Shown: positions 1-10,042, counted from the first letter of the stretch. The stretch: DNA of 64,000 bases from an uncultured Clostridia bacterium (GCA_944390285.1 CALXPN010000002.1:31762-95761); one strand, 5' to 3'. The notes: generated by a model not told the origin, from the letters alone. Numbers and translations: made by a program.

Positions 1-312
1 TATAAAACATACTATTCCTATTATCAATGCTCCTAATACAAAACCAATTAATTTTCTTATATAATCGTCTTGATATAAATTAAGTTTTCCCTCTATAGTC
101 ATAGTAATTATTAAATAAATTACTGATAAGAAAAAACCAGAAATTACAGCTAGTCCCCCTAGTCTTGGCATTGTTATTTTATTTATACGTCTTTCATCTT
201 TTGGCGTATCTACTGCTCCTAATCTTTTTGCTAAATTTATTGTATGTGGCGTTGCCATAAAAGCCGTTAAAAATGCTAACATAAAGGCTATTGCTATATC
301 TCCCCACATAAT
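1..312 (-). CDS. Partial (N-terminal part only; runs off window edge) glycosyltransferase family 4, undecaprenyl-phosphate sugar-1-phosphate transferase (WecA/TagO/MraY-like)
   Basis: Minus-strand ORF from ATG at 310-312 to the window edge. Translation MWGDIAIAFMLAFLTAFMATPHTINLAKRLGAVDTPKDERRINK... matches the conserved N-terminus of WecA/TagO-type transferases. Not in the ORF track because it is truncated. Confidence 0.45.
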   Translation of the reverse strand, partial: MMWGDIAIAFMLAFLTAFMATPHTINLAKRLGAVDTPKDERRINKITMPRLGGLAVISGFFLSVIYLIITMTIEGKLNLYQDDYIRKLIGFVLGALIIGIVCFI

Positions 313-324
313 TAATTTTCTCCT

Positions 325-771
325 CTATTTCATATTTTCATTTTCTATATCTTGTATCATTTGTAATCTTTCTAAATATCTTCCACCTTTAAATTCTGTA
401 GCAATCCAAATTCTTAACATTCTAATAGCTTCATTAGGTGTAATATAATCTCCACCAAATACTGCTATATTTATATCATCATCTGATTTCGATAATCTTG
501 TCTCTTCTTCATTTGTAAAATTCGCAGCTCTTACTCCTCTAAATTTATTTGCAACTATTGTCATTCCTGCTCCACTTCTACAAACTAATATACCTAATTC
601 ACATCTTTTAGTACTCACTTCTTCTGCAACTTTTTTTGCATAAATAGGATAATCTGTTCTTTCCTCATTATAAGCACCAAAATCTTTATATTCTAAACCT
701 AATTCATCTAAATATTTTTTTATTTCCTCTTTTAATTTAAACCCTCCATGATCGCAACCTAAAGCTATCAT
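325..771 (-). CDS. rpiB: Ribose-5-phosphate isomerase B (RpiB/LacAB family)
   Basis: 148 aa; MIALGCDHGGFKLKEEI...CRSGAGMTIVANKF motif typical of RpiB; GGAGG RBS 8 nt upstream of the start. Confidence 0.8.
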   Translation of the reverse strand: MIALGCDHGGFKLKEEIKKYLDELGLEYKDFGAYNEERTDYPIYAKKVAEEVSTKRCELGILVCRSGAGMTIVANKFRGVRAANFTNEEETRLSKSDDDINIAVFGGDYITPNEAIRMLRIWIATEFKGGRYLERLQMIQDIENENMK

Positions 772-936
772 ATTAGTTCCTCCTTTGTTTTATTTGTTTC
801 GAATATATCACAGAATTTATAATAATACAAGTTTATTCTAACGCACAAATGTGAATTTTATGTGAAAATATTTTTGATACAATTTTTATAGAATAATGTA
901 TTTATATCACAAAAAACACTTTTTTTTATAAAAAGC

Positions 937-965
937 TTGATTTTTAAATATATACATGTTAAAAT
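937..965 (+). promoter_or_regulatory. Sigma-A type promoter for rpsT (TTGATT, 17-nt spacer, TG-extended TAAAAT)
   Basis: TTGATT at 937-942, 17-nt spacer, TG at 958-959, TAAAAT at 960-965; about 45 nt upstream of the rpsT start. Confidence 0.45.
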
Positions 966-1010
966 ATTTGAAGTAAAATTTACTTTATGTATTAAGAGGA
1001 GGTGCAAAAT

Positions 1011-1274
1011 ATGCCAAACATTAAATCAGCTATAAAAAGAGTTAGTATTATTGAAAAGAAAACTTTACAAAACAATATGGTAAAATCTGCTTACAAAACA
1101 GCTGTTAAAACATTTGAAGCTGCAGTAGCAGAAGGAGATAAATCAAAAGCAGAAGCTGCTTTTAAAGATGCTGTTAAAAAAGTTGATCAAGCTTGCACAA
1201 AAGGTGTAATAAAAGCAAATACAGCTTCTAGAAAGAAATCAAACTTAGCAAAAAAATTAAATAGTGTAAAATAA
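1011..1274 (+). CDS. rpsT: 30S ribosomal protein S20
   Basis: MPNIKSAIKRV... is the canonical S20 N-terminus; AGGAGG RBS at 995-1000. The ORF track starts at an upstream GTG at 1002; ATG at 1011 fits the RBS spacing better. Confidence 0.9.
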   Translation: MPNIKSAIKRVSIIEKKTLQNNMVKSAYKTAVKTFEAAVAEGDKSKAEAAFKDAVKKVDQACTKGVIKANTASRKKSNLAKKLNSVK

Positions 1275-1293
1275 ATATTACTTATATTTTCTT

Positions 1294-1327
1294 AAAACTT
1301 CTTTATCAAAAGAAGTTTTTTTATTTT
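1294..1327 (+). terminator. Rho-independent terminator after rpsT
   Basis: Perfect 10-bp stem aaaacttctt / aagaagtttt with a 6-nt loop, followed by a T-run. Confidence 0.6.
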
Positions 1328-1521
1328 GCTTATATAACAAATTTATTCTCTAAAATATTACTATATTTCATAATTTAACCAAATATATAAAAATATTTAA
1401 TTATTTCTATTCATTTTTATTCGTATTTCTCTGTTTTTGTCATTTTTTGTTGTATTATCTAACTTTATATGTTATAATAAAGGAGATTTTTAATGTCTTT
1501 TTTAAAGTGAGGTGATTTATA

Positions 1522-2596
1522 ATGGCAATATGTGCCCCCAATAAATGTACTGCTTGTATGGCATGTTATAATGCTTGCCCACAAAAGTGTATTTCAATGA
1601 ATTATAATAGCTATGGTACTCTATCCCCCACTATAAACAAATCAATATGTAATCGGTTGTAATTTATGCAGTCTAGTATGTCCAGTAAATACTAAAACTA
1701 CAAGTTACATTCCAAAAGAAGTCTATGCATGTTGGAGTTTAGATAATGAAGATAGAAAATCTAGTAGCTCTGGTGGTATGGCTTCTATTTTTTATGCTCA
1801 CTTTTTAAAAAATAAAACTTCTGCTGTATATGGTTGTAGTTATGATAATAATTTACAACTAAACTTTTCAAGGGCAACTGATTTAAAAGAAATTCGTAAA
1901 TTTAAAACATCTAAATATTCAATTAGTTATATAGGAAATACTTATAAGAATATACGTCAAGACTTAATTAATGGATTATATGTCTTATTTATAGGTACTC
2001 CTTGTCAAGTATCAGGATTAAATAATTTTTTGAACAAGGAATATCCTAATTTACTAACAATTGATTTAATATGTCATGGTGTCCCTTCACAGATTTATTT
2101 AGATGAATATATAAAAAGTTTAAATTTAAATACACAACCTAATTCCCTTACTTTTAGAGGGAAAAAAGATTTCTTTTTTACACTATATAAAGATAATACT
2201 ATACTTTATAGTAAAAATTCTGATGAAGACATTTTTTATAAAGCATTTTTAGATGGACTTTTTTATAGAGAAAACTGTTATAGTTGTGAATTTGCAACCT
2301 CTAAAAGAGTAGGAGATTTGAGCTTAGGAGATTTTTGGGGATTAGGTGATGAAATTCCATTTAATTATGATAAACAAGATGGAGTTTCTGTTTTACTAGT
2401 AAATACTGAAAAAGGAAAAATCGTTTTTAATGAAGTAAAAGATATAATTTTCTTCGAAAAAAGAACTTTAGAAGAAGCAATAAAAGGAAATGAACAATTA
2501 AAACATCCTACAAGAAAACACAAGAACTATGATTTATTTTTAAAGCTATATTCAGAATTTGGTTTAAAAAAAGCTTTAGAAGAAACTTTAAAATAA
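1522..2596 (+). pseudogene. Frameshifted FrhB-like (coenzyme F420 hydrogenase/dehydrogenase beta-subunit family) 2x[4Fe-4S] protein
   Basis: ATG at 1522 gives MAICAPNKCTACMACYNACP (first CxxCxxCxxxCP) but the frame stops at 1660-1662. Deleting one A near 1651 restores KSICIGCNLCSLVCP (second ferredoxin motif) and runs in frame into the 1778..2596 ORF (FrhB C-terminal-like domain). Confidence 0.55.
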
Positions 2597-2607
2597 GGAG
2601 GATTATA

Positions 2608-3666
2608 ATGAAAAAAATCGGAATATTATCTATGCAAAGAATAATTAATTTTGGCTCTTTTCTACAAGCCTATGCTCTTTCAGATATTGTTAGATCTTTG
2701 GGAAATGAAGTAGAATTTGTAGATTTTAAAGTAGAACCATGTGCTGTTGAACCAGAAATACCATTATCTGTAGACAGTGTTCCAGAAAGTAGAAAAAAAG
2801 CTGTTAAATATATTCTAAAAGCTCATGAAAACTTTAATAAAAATATATTACCAGATATAAATGTTACTACAAGAAATGAAATTGCAAAAGTTGATACTCT
2901 TTTAATTGGTAGTGATGAAATATTTAATTGTTTACAAAAAAATCCTGTAGTAGGCTATTCTTTAGAAATGTTCGGAAAAAATGCTAATGCAGATAAAATA
3001 ATATCTTATGCTGCTTCTTGTGGAGATACTACTTATGAAAGAATTTGTAAACATAACAAACAAAAAGAAATATCAGAACTACTAAATAAATTTTCAGCTA
3101 TTTCTGTAAGAGATGAAAATTCTAGAGAATTTGTAGAAAAATTGTCTGATATAAAACCTATAAACCATTTAGATCCTGTTCTTATATATGATTTTAAAGA
3201 TGTTGAAATAGATACTGCAAATCTAGAAAATTATATAATCGCTTATGCATACGATTTTAATTTTTCAGAAGAAGAAGCAAATTATATAAAAGAATTTGCA
3301 AAAAAACACAATAAAAAAATACTTTCTTTTAGTATCTGTTATCAAGATTTCGCAGATATTGTTGTAGATATACATCCTTTTGAAATATTTTCATATTTTA
3401 GAAAAGCAGATTTTGTAATAACTAATACTTTCCATGGAACTATTTTTTCCATAAAAACTCATACTCCTTTTGTTTCTTTTACTAGAAATTATAATACTCA
3501 AAAATTAGGAGACCTTATTGAAAGATTAGAATTTCAAGATAGAAGAATTCACTCTTTAAAAGAATTAGAAGACAAATATAACAAACCCATAAATTTTTCT
3601 AAATGTGATGAAAGATTAAAAAATGAAAGAATTAGAAGTATTGAATATTTAAAAGAGAATTTATAA
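2608..3666 (+). CDS. Polysaccharide pyruvyl transferase family protein (CsaB-like)
   Basis: MKKIGILSMQRIINFGSFLQAYAL N-terminus is typical of this family. It is the usual partner gene of FrhB-like proteins in cell-wall polysaccharide loci. RBS AGGAGG. Confidence 0.7.
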   Translation: MKKIGILSMQRIINFGSFLQAYALSDIVRSLGNEVEFVDFKVEPCAVEPEIPLSVDSVPESRKKAVKYILKAHENFNKNILPDINVTTRNEIAKVDTLLIGSDEIFNCLQKNPVVGYSLEMFGKNANADKIISYAASCGDTTYERICKHNKQKEISELLNKFSAISVRDENSREFVEKLSDIKPINHLDPVLIYDFKDVEIDTANLENYIIAYAYDFNFSEEEANYIKEFAKKHNKKILSFSICYQDFADIVVDIHPFEIFSYFRKADFVITNTFHGTIFSIKTHTPFVSFTRNYNTQKLGDLIERLEFQDRRIHSLKELEDKYNKPINFSKCDERLKNERIRSIEYLKENL

Positions 3667-3751
3667 TGTTTTCCAAAATTTTCATTTGTTTTTATATTTT
3701 TAAAATGTTAATATTATTTTAGAGTTATTTTTCTTTCAAAGGAGTCTTTAT

Positions 3752-3991
3752 ATGGAAAACTTTAAAATCACTATAAAAAATAAAAAAACAAAAAAATTAG
3801 TAAATTTAAATTTATTTATCTCTTTTATAATTTGTACATTTGGAATCTTTATGCTTTGGATATATAATACATATTACATATCTATATACCTATTTAAAGC
3901 TAGTATTATTGTTTTTAGAACAGGATTATTTATGGGAACTTTTTCAATTATATTTGGCATATTTTTTGAAAATTATTTAGGTTGTAAATAA
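3752..3991 (+). CDS. Small hydrophobic membrane protein (hypothetical)
   Basis: 79 aa, two predicted TM helices, AAAGGAG RBS; no recognisable family. Confidence 0.3.
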   Translation: MENFKITIKNKKTKKLVNLNLFISFIICTFGIFMLWIYNTYYISIYLFKASIIVFRTGLFMGTFSIIFGIFFENYLGCK

Positions 3992-4008
3992 TTTATTTAC
4001 ATATAAAA

Positions 4009-4041
4009 AATCTCAGAAATTCATTTTCTGAGATTTTTTTA
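4009..4041. terminator. Bidirectional rho-independent terminator between convergent genes
   Basis: 11-bp stem aatctcagaaa / tttctgagatt with a 5-nt loop and a T-run. Confidence 0.6.
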
Positions 4042-4061
4042 TTAATATTATATAATTCTTA

Positions 4062-4604
4062 TTAATAATTTTGAGCATTAATTTCAAAGAATGCTTGTGG
4101 ATGATTACATACTGGGCAAACTCCAGGAGCTTCTTTTCCTACACAAATATGTCCACAGTTTCTACATTTCCAAATTTTGTCTCCATCTTTGCTAAATACT
4201 AAATCACCTTCTACATTTTCTAATAATTTTTTATATCTTGCTTCATGTTCTTTTTCTATTGCTCCAACTGCTTCAAATAAATAAGCAATTTTATCAAATC
4301 CTTCTTCTTTTGCTTCTTTTGCCATTCTATCATACATATCTGTCCATTCAAAGTTTTCTCCTTCTGCTGCTGCTTTTAAGTTTTCAGCTGTTGAAGAAAT
4401 ATCTCCTCCATTTAATAATTTGAACCATAGTTTTGCATGTTCTTTTTCATTTTCTGCTGTTTCTAAGAATATAGCAGCAATTTGCTCATATCCTTCTTTT
4501 TTAGCTTTACTAGCAAAATAAGTATATTTATTTCTAGCTTGAGATTCTCCTGCAAAAGCCTCCATTAAGTTTTTTTCTGTTTTTGTTCCTTTTAATTCTG
4601 GCAT
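4062..4604 (-). CDS. rbr: Rubrerythrin
   Basis: 180 aa; ferritin-like diiron domain ([13 protein letters not shown]...) plus C-terminal rubredoxin-like CRNCGH...CPVCNHP. Confidence 0.85.
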   Translation of the reverse strand: MPELKGTKTEKNLMEAFAGESQARNKYTYFASKAKKEGYEQIAAIFLETAENEKEHAKLWFKLLNGGDISSTAENLKAAAEGENFEWTDMYDRMAKEAKEEGFDKIAYLFEAVGAIEKEHEARYKKLLENVEGDLVFSKDGDKIWKCRNCGHICVGKEAPGVCPVCNHPQAFFEINAQNY

Positions 4605-4616
4605 TTTTCATTCCTC

Positions 4617-5006
4617 CTAATTCTTTAATTTTTTACATGAATTGCATATTCCTTCTAATGCAATTCCTTTTTCAGAGATTTCTACTCCTGTCTGTTTTAA
4701 AATCATTTTTTTCAATTTTTCATATTCAAAATCATATTTGAAATCAAAAACTTTTCCGCATTTTGTGCAAATAGCATGATTATGTTTTTCACGTACAGCA
4801 TCATATCTATCTGGACCCACTAGCATTGATATTTTGTTTATTAAATTATTTTCAACTAGTACTCCCAAATTTCTATATACTGTACTCCTACTCACATCTG
4901 GATCTTTTGTTTTTACACTTAAATAAATTTCTTCTGCAGTAGGATGATCATATGATTCTTGAACTGTTTTTATTATTTCTTCTCTTTGTCTTGAATAGTT
5001 TTTCAT
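4617..5006 (-). CDS. perR: Fur-family transcriptional regulator, probably PerR (peroxide regulator)
   Basis: 129 aa Fur-family fold with HxxCxxC...CxxC metal sites; directly upstream of, and co-oriented with, rubrerythrin. Confidence 0.65.
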   Translation of the reverse strand: MKNYSRQREEIIKTVQESYDHPTAEEIYLSVKTKDPDVSRSTVYRNLGVLVENNLINKISMLVGPDRYDAVREKHNHAICTKCGKVFDFKYDFEYEKLKKMILKQTGVEISEKGIALEGICNSCKKLKN

Positions 5007-5019
5007 AAAAATCTCCTAT

Positions 5020-5040
5020 AAATTAGGATTAATTCCTAAT
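5020..5040. promoter_or_regulatory. Candidate Fur/PerR-type operator palindrome overlapping the perR RBS region
   Basis: aattagga-ttaat-tcctaatt has 8-bp inverted arms and the 7-1-7 shape of a PerR-box (TTAnnAAT-N-ATTnnTAA); lies 14-34 nt upstream of the perR start codon. Confidence 0.3.
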
Positions 5041-5184
5041 TTTACGATATTATTATATCATATTTTATTTTTTTAGCAAGCTTTTTTATAAATTTTTATA
5101 ATCTAAGATTTTGACTTCTTATGTAAACTATGATATACTATATATGTAGCAATAGCAATATTATAAAAAAATAAGGAGAAAAAA

Positions 5185-5460
5185 ATGAATAGAGAAGACA
5201 TAAAAAAAGAAATCAAAGAAGCATTAGAGCGGACATTAGTTTTTTATCCGTTTACGGATGAAAAAATCGATAAACTGACCGATTTACTTGTTGCACATCA
5301 AGCAGAAATCATGACAGCCATGCAAAACAATGATGCACAACAGGATAAATGGAGAAAACGGTTTTTCGAATACGCTGTCATGTCTGCCGACTCCATTGAA
5401 AGTCTTGCATATATCGACGATTTTCTCGTTGAATATGTACTTCATAGTTTCAACCAATGA
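5185..5460 (+). CDS. Hypothetical protein (91 aa), noticeably higher GC than surroundings
   Basis: Good RBS (AAGGAGA) and ATG; GC content visibly above the flanks; followed by a hairpin terminator. Confidence 0.4.
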   Translation: MNREDIKKEIKEALERTLVFYPFTDEKIDKLTDLLVAHQAEIMTAMQNNDAQQDKWRKRFFEYAVMSADSIESLAYIDDFLVEYVLHSFNQ

Positions 5461-5461
5461 G

Positions 5462-5490
5462 AACCTGCTGACTGCAGGTTTTCATTGGTT
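5462..5490 (+). terminator. Hairpin terminator after the 91-aa ORF
   Basis: 7-bp stem aacctgc / gcaggtt with a 5-nt loop, then a T-rich tract. Confidence 0.4.
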
Positions 5491-5510
5491 TTATTGTACA
5501 AAAACATATA

Positions 5511-6188
5511 TCATGAATTTGTTGGAAGCACAGTTGTATTACTCGCACCTTTTCCAACAACATCAGGCATAATTGTATTCCATGTTAAATTTCCTACTAT
5601 TCCATCTGCTGAAAATCCATTTTTATTTTGATATGCAATAACTGAATCTCTTGTTTTAACACCAAATACTCCATCTAATCCTCCAGTATCATATCCAAGT
5701 GTAGTTAAAGCATCTTGCAAAATACATACATATACTCCTCTACTTCCAGTTCTTACAATAGGATAACCACTTACAGTCTGTCTTTCATCAAAATGCACCC
5801 ATCTAGGTGTTAAATAAGCTGGTTCTACATAGTTCCAAATTCCAGAAGAAATTGCCAAATTTCTCATTCTATCTCTTTCTTCTGAATTCAAATTTTGCCC
5901 TACATCAAAAGCAAGCCCTGCATAATGTTGAGATAAAGTTCCATGTCCTCCTTCCCATGGTCTTTTAAAAGCAAATCCAACATAAATTGGTCTACCATAT
6001 ATATATCTAAAACTATTCCATGCTTGCATTGCTCTCCTATCTGTCCATAAAAGTCCTGTATTACTACTTCCCCTAAACTCTGATACTGTTAAACTTCTAC
6101 CAGAATTATATGGCATAGCTTCTGTTTCTCCACGATAATATGTTTCCATTCTATTTGAGCTATTATTATAAACTAATATTTTAGCCAT
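5511..6188 (-). CDS. Peptidoglycan hydrolase: peptidase M15-like (HxxxxxxD...H zinc site) with C-terminal peptidoglycan-binding (PG_binding_1) domain
   Basis: HYAGLAFD and WVHFDERQ motifs as in M15/YcbK-like peptidases; C-terminal GSRGVYVCILQDALTTLGYDTGGLDGVFGVKTRDSVIAYQ matches the PG-binding repeat. Confidence 0.5.
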   Translation of the reverse strand: MAKILVYNNSSNRMETYYRGETEAMPYNSGRSLTVSEFRGSSNTGLLWTDRRAMQAWNSFRYIYGRPIYVGFAFKRPWEGGHGTLSQHYAGLAFDVGQNLNSEERDRMRNLAISSGIWNYVEPAYLTPRWVHFDERQTVSGYPIVRTGSRGVYVCILQDALTTLGYDTGGLDGVFGVKTRDSVIAYQNKNGFSADGIVGNLTWNTIMPDVVGKGASNTTVLPTNS

Positions 6189-6337
6189 AATGTACTCCTT
6201 TCTTTTTGTTCTTCTTTATATTATATGAAAACATATTATTTTAGTGAAATTTCAAAATTTTATTTACAAGATTTATATTTTTTTATATACTAATTATGGA
6301 TTTTACTTTAATGTTAATAAATAAAAAAATATAAAGG

Positions 6338-8488
6338 ATGGTATTTATGAAAAGATCTAAGCTTATTTTTATAATAATTTTAGTCATATATTTTTTACCA
6401 CTTATTTTAATATGGTTTGAAGAAGCAGAAATAAATTTGAATCCTTTTGATTATGCAAGAATAACAGATATAGATTATACAGCTGTTGTTGCAGATAATC
6501 CAGGTGATGGTGGAAAAATTTTCGTAACAGAAAGATTAACTTATGATATACATGCCGCTTCTAAAAATAATCCTTTTTGGGAATTGTGGAGAGACCTGCC
6601 AGAGGATACTGTTGATGGACTTAAAGTTGAATATAAAGTAAATTCTGTAAAACAAATTTTAGATGATGGTACTGAAATCGCGTACGAAGAAAGTCCAAAA
6701 CTTTATTGGAATGACAGTGATTATCTTAGTTCTTCTACTCTATATGGTCCTGGTAAATGGTATCATAGTGAGGGTCCTTATAATGAAGATAAAAGACAAT
6801 ATGAATGCCTTCTTTTATATGTCGATGGTCTATATAGAGAAAAAGTAACATTTGAGATAGAATATGAAATGAGTAATGCATCTTTATATTACAATGATTG
6901 CTCAGAATTATACATATCTCTTTATTCAGGAAATACGATAAAATATCTAAATTCTTATGATGGTCAAATTTTATTTCCAAATTCTATTATGCCTAAAGAA
7001 GGAAACTATGAAGTACACACCTATGGCACAAATAATTATGATTTTCCTTACACAGAATCTGATACATTAAATCCTGGATATCATACTTTTTCTTTTAAAT
7101 TAGATAAAAATAATTTAAAATTTATACCTTATACTAATTATTTAGAATTTGCTCTAATTTCATTTGGTGAAGATAAACATTCTTTTACCAAATATGCACC
7201 TGAAAATTATTATTCAGGAGATAATGTTCTTTCAGAATTACGAGATGACAATACTAGTTTTGAGGAAACTAAAGAAAAATCAAAACAATATCAAATATAT
7301 TTACTTATAGGAGCTATTATAACTTCTATATTTATTACGATTTATACGATTAATACTAATAAAAGAATGAGCAAAAAGCACAAATTTTATAAACCTACTA
7401 CAAAGATAAAGTTTTTTAGAGAAATTCCAAGTGATTTAGATCCAAACTTTGTTGCTAATCTATTATTCAGTAAAAGTAATCGCACAAATTATAATAAAGA
7501 TGGATATTCTGCTACAATACTAAGTTTAGTACGCAAAAAGTATATTAAATTAGAAAAAATCGAAGATTATTTAGATTGGAATTTTAATAATGTAAAAATT
7601 GTAATATTAAAAAAACCTGAACCTATACAACAATTAAACTTACTAGAAAATGATTTAATAAACAAAAATAACAATATCGATAAATCACTTACACTTACTC
7701 CTACTGAAGAGCATTATTTTAATTTAATATGTAAATATTCTTCGTATGGAATTGAATTACCTATGGAAATTTTACAAAGAAAAGTAGCTTCTGATTATGA
7801 AAACACAGAAACTTTTATTAATAATATTAATAGCTCTATAACAAATATAGGAGTAACAGAAGGATATTTTCAAAAATCTGATTATACTGAAGCAAAAACT
7901 TCTATACAACATTTATCTAAGACATATAGAAATTTAGGAATCTTATCTATTATTTTATGCAACCTAATTTCATACTATTTTACTTTTTTAGGAATTTCTT
8001 ATGGAGCTTTCTTTATATTAGGTTTTGTATTTTTAATTAATTCATTATATTTAAGAAAGATTTCTGGAAAATATGTTTTACTTACACAATTTGGTGAAGA
8101 TGAATATGAAAAATGGAGAGGATTGTATAATTTTTTAAACAGTGAAACTCTTATGAAAGAACGTACAATTATTGAACTTCCTTTATGGGAACAATATTTA
8201 GTATATGCAACAGCTTTTGGAATTTCAGAAAAAGTTATAAAAGCCTTAAAAATTAGATGTCCAGATGTAACTTCGAGTGATATGCTTAGTAATCCTTACT
8301 ATAGTTCTAGATCTTTTTATAGATCTAGTCATTCATTCAGATATGCTACTCATTCTGCTATACGTACAGCACATTCTTCTAGTTATGGAGGATATGGTGG
8401 ATTCAGTGGTCATGGCTACGGTGGAGGAGGCCGTGGTGGTGGCGGTGGCCGGAGGGGGTCATTAACACATATTATAATAATTAAATAA
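6338..8488 (+). CDS. DUF2207-like membrane protein with C-terminal Gly-rich tail
   Basis: 716 aa; N-terminal signal anchor, large extracytoplasmic domain, multiple TM helices, tail SSYGGYGGFSGHGYGGGGRGGGGGRRG. ATG at 6347 has the better RBS spacing. Confidence 0.55.
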   Translation: MVFMKRSKLIFIIILVIYFLPLILIWFEEAEINLNPFDYARITDIDYTAVVADNPGDGGKIFVTERLTYDIHAASKNNPFWELWRDLPEDTVDGLKVEYKVNSVKQILDDGTEIAYEESPKLYWNDSDYLSSSTLYGPGKWYHSEGPYNEDKRQYECLLLYVDGLYREKVTFEIEYEMSNASLYYNDCSELYISLYSGNTIKYLNSYDGQILFPNSIMPKEGNYEVHTYGTNNYDFPYTESDTLNPGYHTFSFKLDKNNLKFIPYTNYLEFALISFGEDKHSFTKYAPENYYSGDNVLSELRDDNTSFEETKEKSKQYQIYLLIGAIITSIFITIYTINTNKRMSKKHKFYKPTTKIKFFREIPSDLDPNFVANLLFSKSNRTNYNKDGYSATILSLVRKKYIKLEKIEDYLDWNFNNVKIVILKKPEPIQQLNLLENDLINKNNNIDKSLTLTPTEEHYFNLICKYSSYGIELPMEILQRKVASDYENTETFINNINSSITNIGVTEGYFQKSDYTEAKTSIQHLSKTYRNLGILSIILCNLISYYFTFLGISYGAFFILGFVFLINSLYLRKISGKYVLLTQFGEDEYEKWRGLYNFLNSETLMKERTIIELPLWEQYLVYATAFGISEKVIKALKIRCPDVTSSDMLSNPYYSSRSFYRSSHSFRYATHSAIRTAHSSSYGGYGGFSGHGYGGGGRGGGGGRRGSLTHIIIIK

Positions 8489-8520
8489 ATAGAGGGAACC
8501 TTTAATACCCTCTATTTATT
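8487..8520. terminator. Bidirectional terminator between convergent genes
   Basis: 10-bp stem aaatagaggg / ccctctattt with an 11-nt loop. Confidence 0.5.
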
Positions 8521-10042
8521 ATTTTACAAAAAAATCATCAAATTGAATTTTGGATAAATTTATATTTAATTCTTTTTCTAGTTCTTCTTTCTTAAAAGTT
8601 TTATAAACAATTTTAGAGATATACTTTTCAGCTATTTTTAAAATATACTTATAATCTAAAATATCATCTGGAAAATAAATTCCCCCTTTATTTTTGTTTT
8701 TTATCATCCAACAAACTGCTGATAATGCAGACATTGAAACAGGTGTAATTGTAGGAGTTTGCCAATAAGAGTCTTTAGGATTTTTATATAAGAACTCTAG
8801 TTCTACTCTATTTCCTACCCAAACTGGATCAAATTTTTCGCCTAATAGTAAAACTCCAACATATTCTGTTCCTGATTCTATTTTCTCTTTATACACAATT
8901 TCATAATATTCAGGATATATACAACCTCTTATAATTGTTTTACCATTTTCATTTTCACAATCTTGTGGTTTATTTAAATCTAAATCAGGATAACTATTTA
9001 CCTTTGCATTCTCAAAATATTTTTTAGCATATTCACATGGTGAATATAAAAACACTACAGTTGGTCTATAAATAATTTTATCTTGTTTTTTTACTTCTAA
9101 AGCTTTAGCAATAGTAATTGTTTCTTCGTGTGGCACAAGAAATCCCTCAAATTTTCCATTCGGATAATATGTATTACATTTTACATCTAATGCTATTTTA
9201 TTTAGTTCAATAAAGCCTTCTTTTTCATCTATTTTTTTACACTTATCATTAAATCTAATATTTTCGTGTGTTCCTATATTTATTGTTGCTTCACTTAACA
9301 TTTCAAAAAAAAATGAATCTATACACCATGTATTAAATAATTTATTATCTTTATATTCATCATTAATTTTCTGAAGATCTATATCATTTACATGTATCAT
9401 TTTTAGTCCTAATTTGTATGCTATTTCATTAAACTTATTTTCTTTTAATAATTTTTTTAGTTCTTTATTTTTTCCATATTGATTATTTATAATAGATTCC
9501 AATCCTGCTTTTACAAAATGAGATACAAGTCCTGGATTATCTCCATGTTGTAAAACAATAGGATGTTTATTAAATTCTTGATTTTCCAGATACTTTTTTC
9601 TTAAATCTTGTTTTAATTTATTTTCATTTAAAATGCTATACCAATTATCTGGCCAATCTGCTTCTCCTGTATTAATATACATAATATTATTTTTAGCACA
9701 CCAATCACAAATATCTTTTGTTCCAACTGTATCTGCAAAATCTATAAGTAAATCTCCCTCACTTAAATATTTTTTAAAAACCTCACTAAAATTCTCTTTT
9801 GTTACATCACAAATAATAAAGTTTTTAACAATTCCACCTAAATTTACAAAAGCATCAAATTCATATTTGTCTTTTGATATTACAAAATAATTATTTTCAT
9901 AGAATCTTATTTCATTTGAAACTTTTTCATAAAAACTTTTTCCTACTGCTCCAAAACCAAATTGAACAATATTCCCATCAAATTTTATCATTATATAATT
10001 TACATGAATATGCCATTTTGCAAATTCATATTCTCCTTTCAA
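8519..10042 (-). CDS. NAD(P)-binding saccharopine-dehydrogenase-like protein, possibly homospermidine-synthase-like
   Basis: 507 aa; Rossmann GFGAVGKS near the N-terminus; HGDNPGLVSHFVKAGLE resembles the SDH/HSS family. ATGA overlap with the upstream gene indicates translational coupling. Confidence 0.35.
   Translation of the reverse strand: MKGEYEFAKWHIHVNYIMIKFDGNIVQFGFGAVGKSFYEKVSNEIRFYENNYFVISKDKYEFDAFVNLGGIVKNFIICDVTKENFSEVFKKYLSEGDLLIDFADTVGTKDICDWCAKNNIMYINTGEADWPDNWYSILNENKLKQDLRKKYLENQEFNKHPIVLQHGDNPGLVSHFVKAGLESIINNQYGKNKELKKLLKENKFNEIAYKLGLKMIHVNDIDLQKINDEYKDNKLFNTWCIDSFFFEMLSEATINIGTHENIRFNDKCKKIDEKEGFIELNKIALDVKCNTYYPNGKFEGFLVPHEETITIAKALEVKKQDKIIYRPTVVFLYSPCEYAKKYFENAKVNSYPDLDLNKPQDCENENGKTIIRGCIYPEYYEIVYKEKIESGTEYVGVLLLGEKFDPVWVGNRVELEFLYKNPKDSYWQTPTITPVSMSALSAVCWMIKNKNKGGIYFPDDILDYKYILKIAEKYISKIVYKTFKKEELEKELNINLSKIQFDDFFVK

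Noticed and set aside
4238-4423. 61-aa ORF antisense to rubrerythrin
   Set aside because: Leu-rich, low-complexity translation typical of the antisense strand of AT-rich genes; no RBS.
6663-6980. Short ORFs overlapping the 5' part of DUF2207 gene 6338..8488 on both strands
   Set aside because: Contained in a well-supported longer ORF; no RBS.
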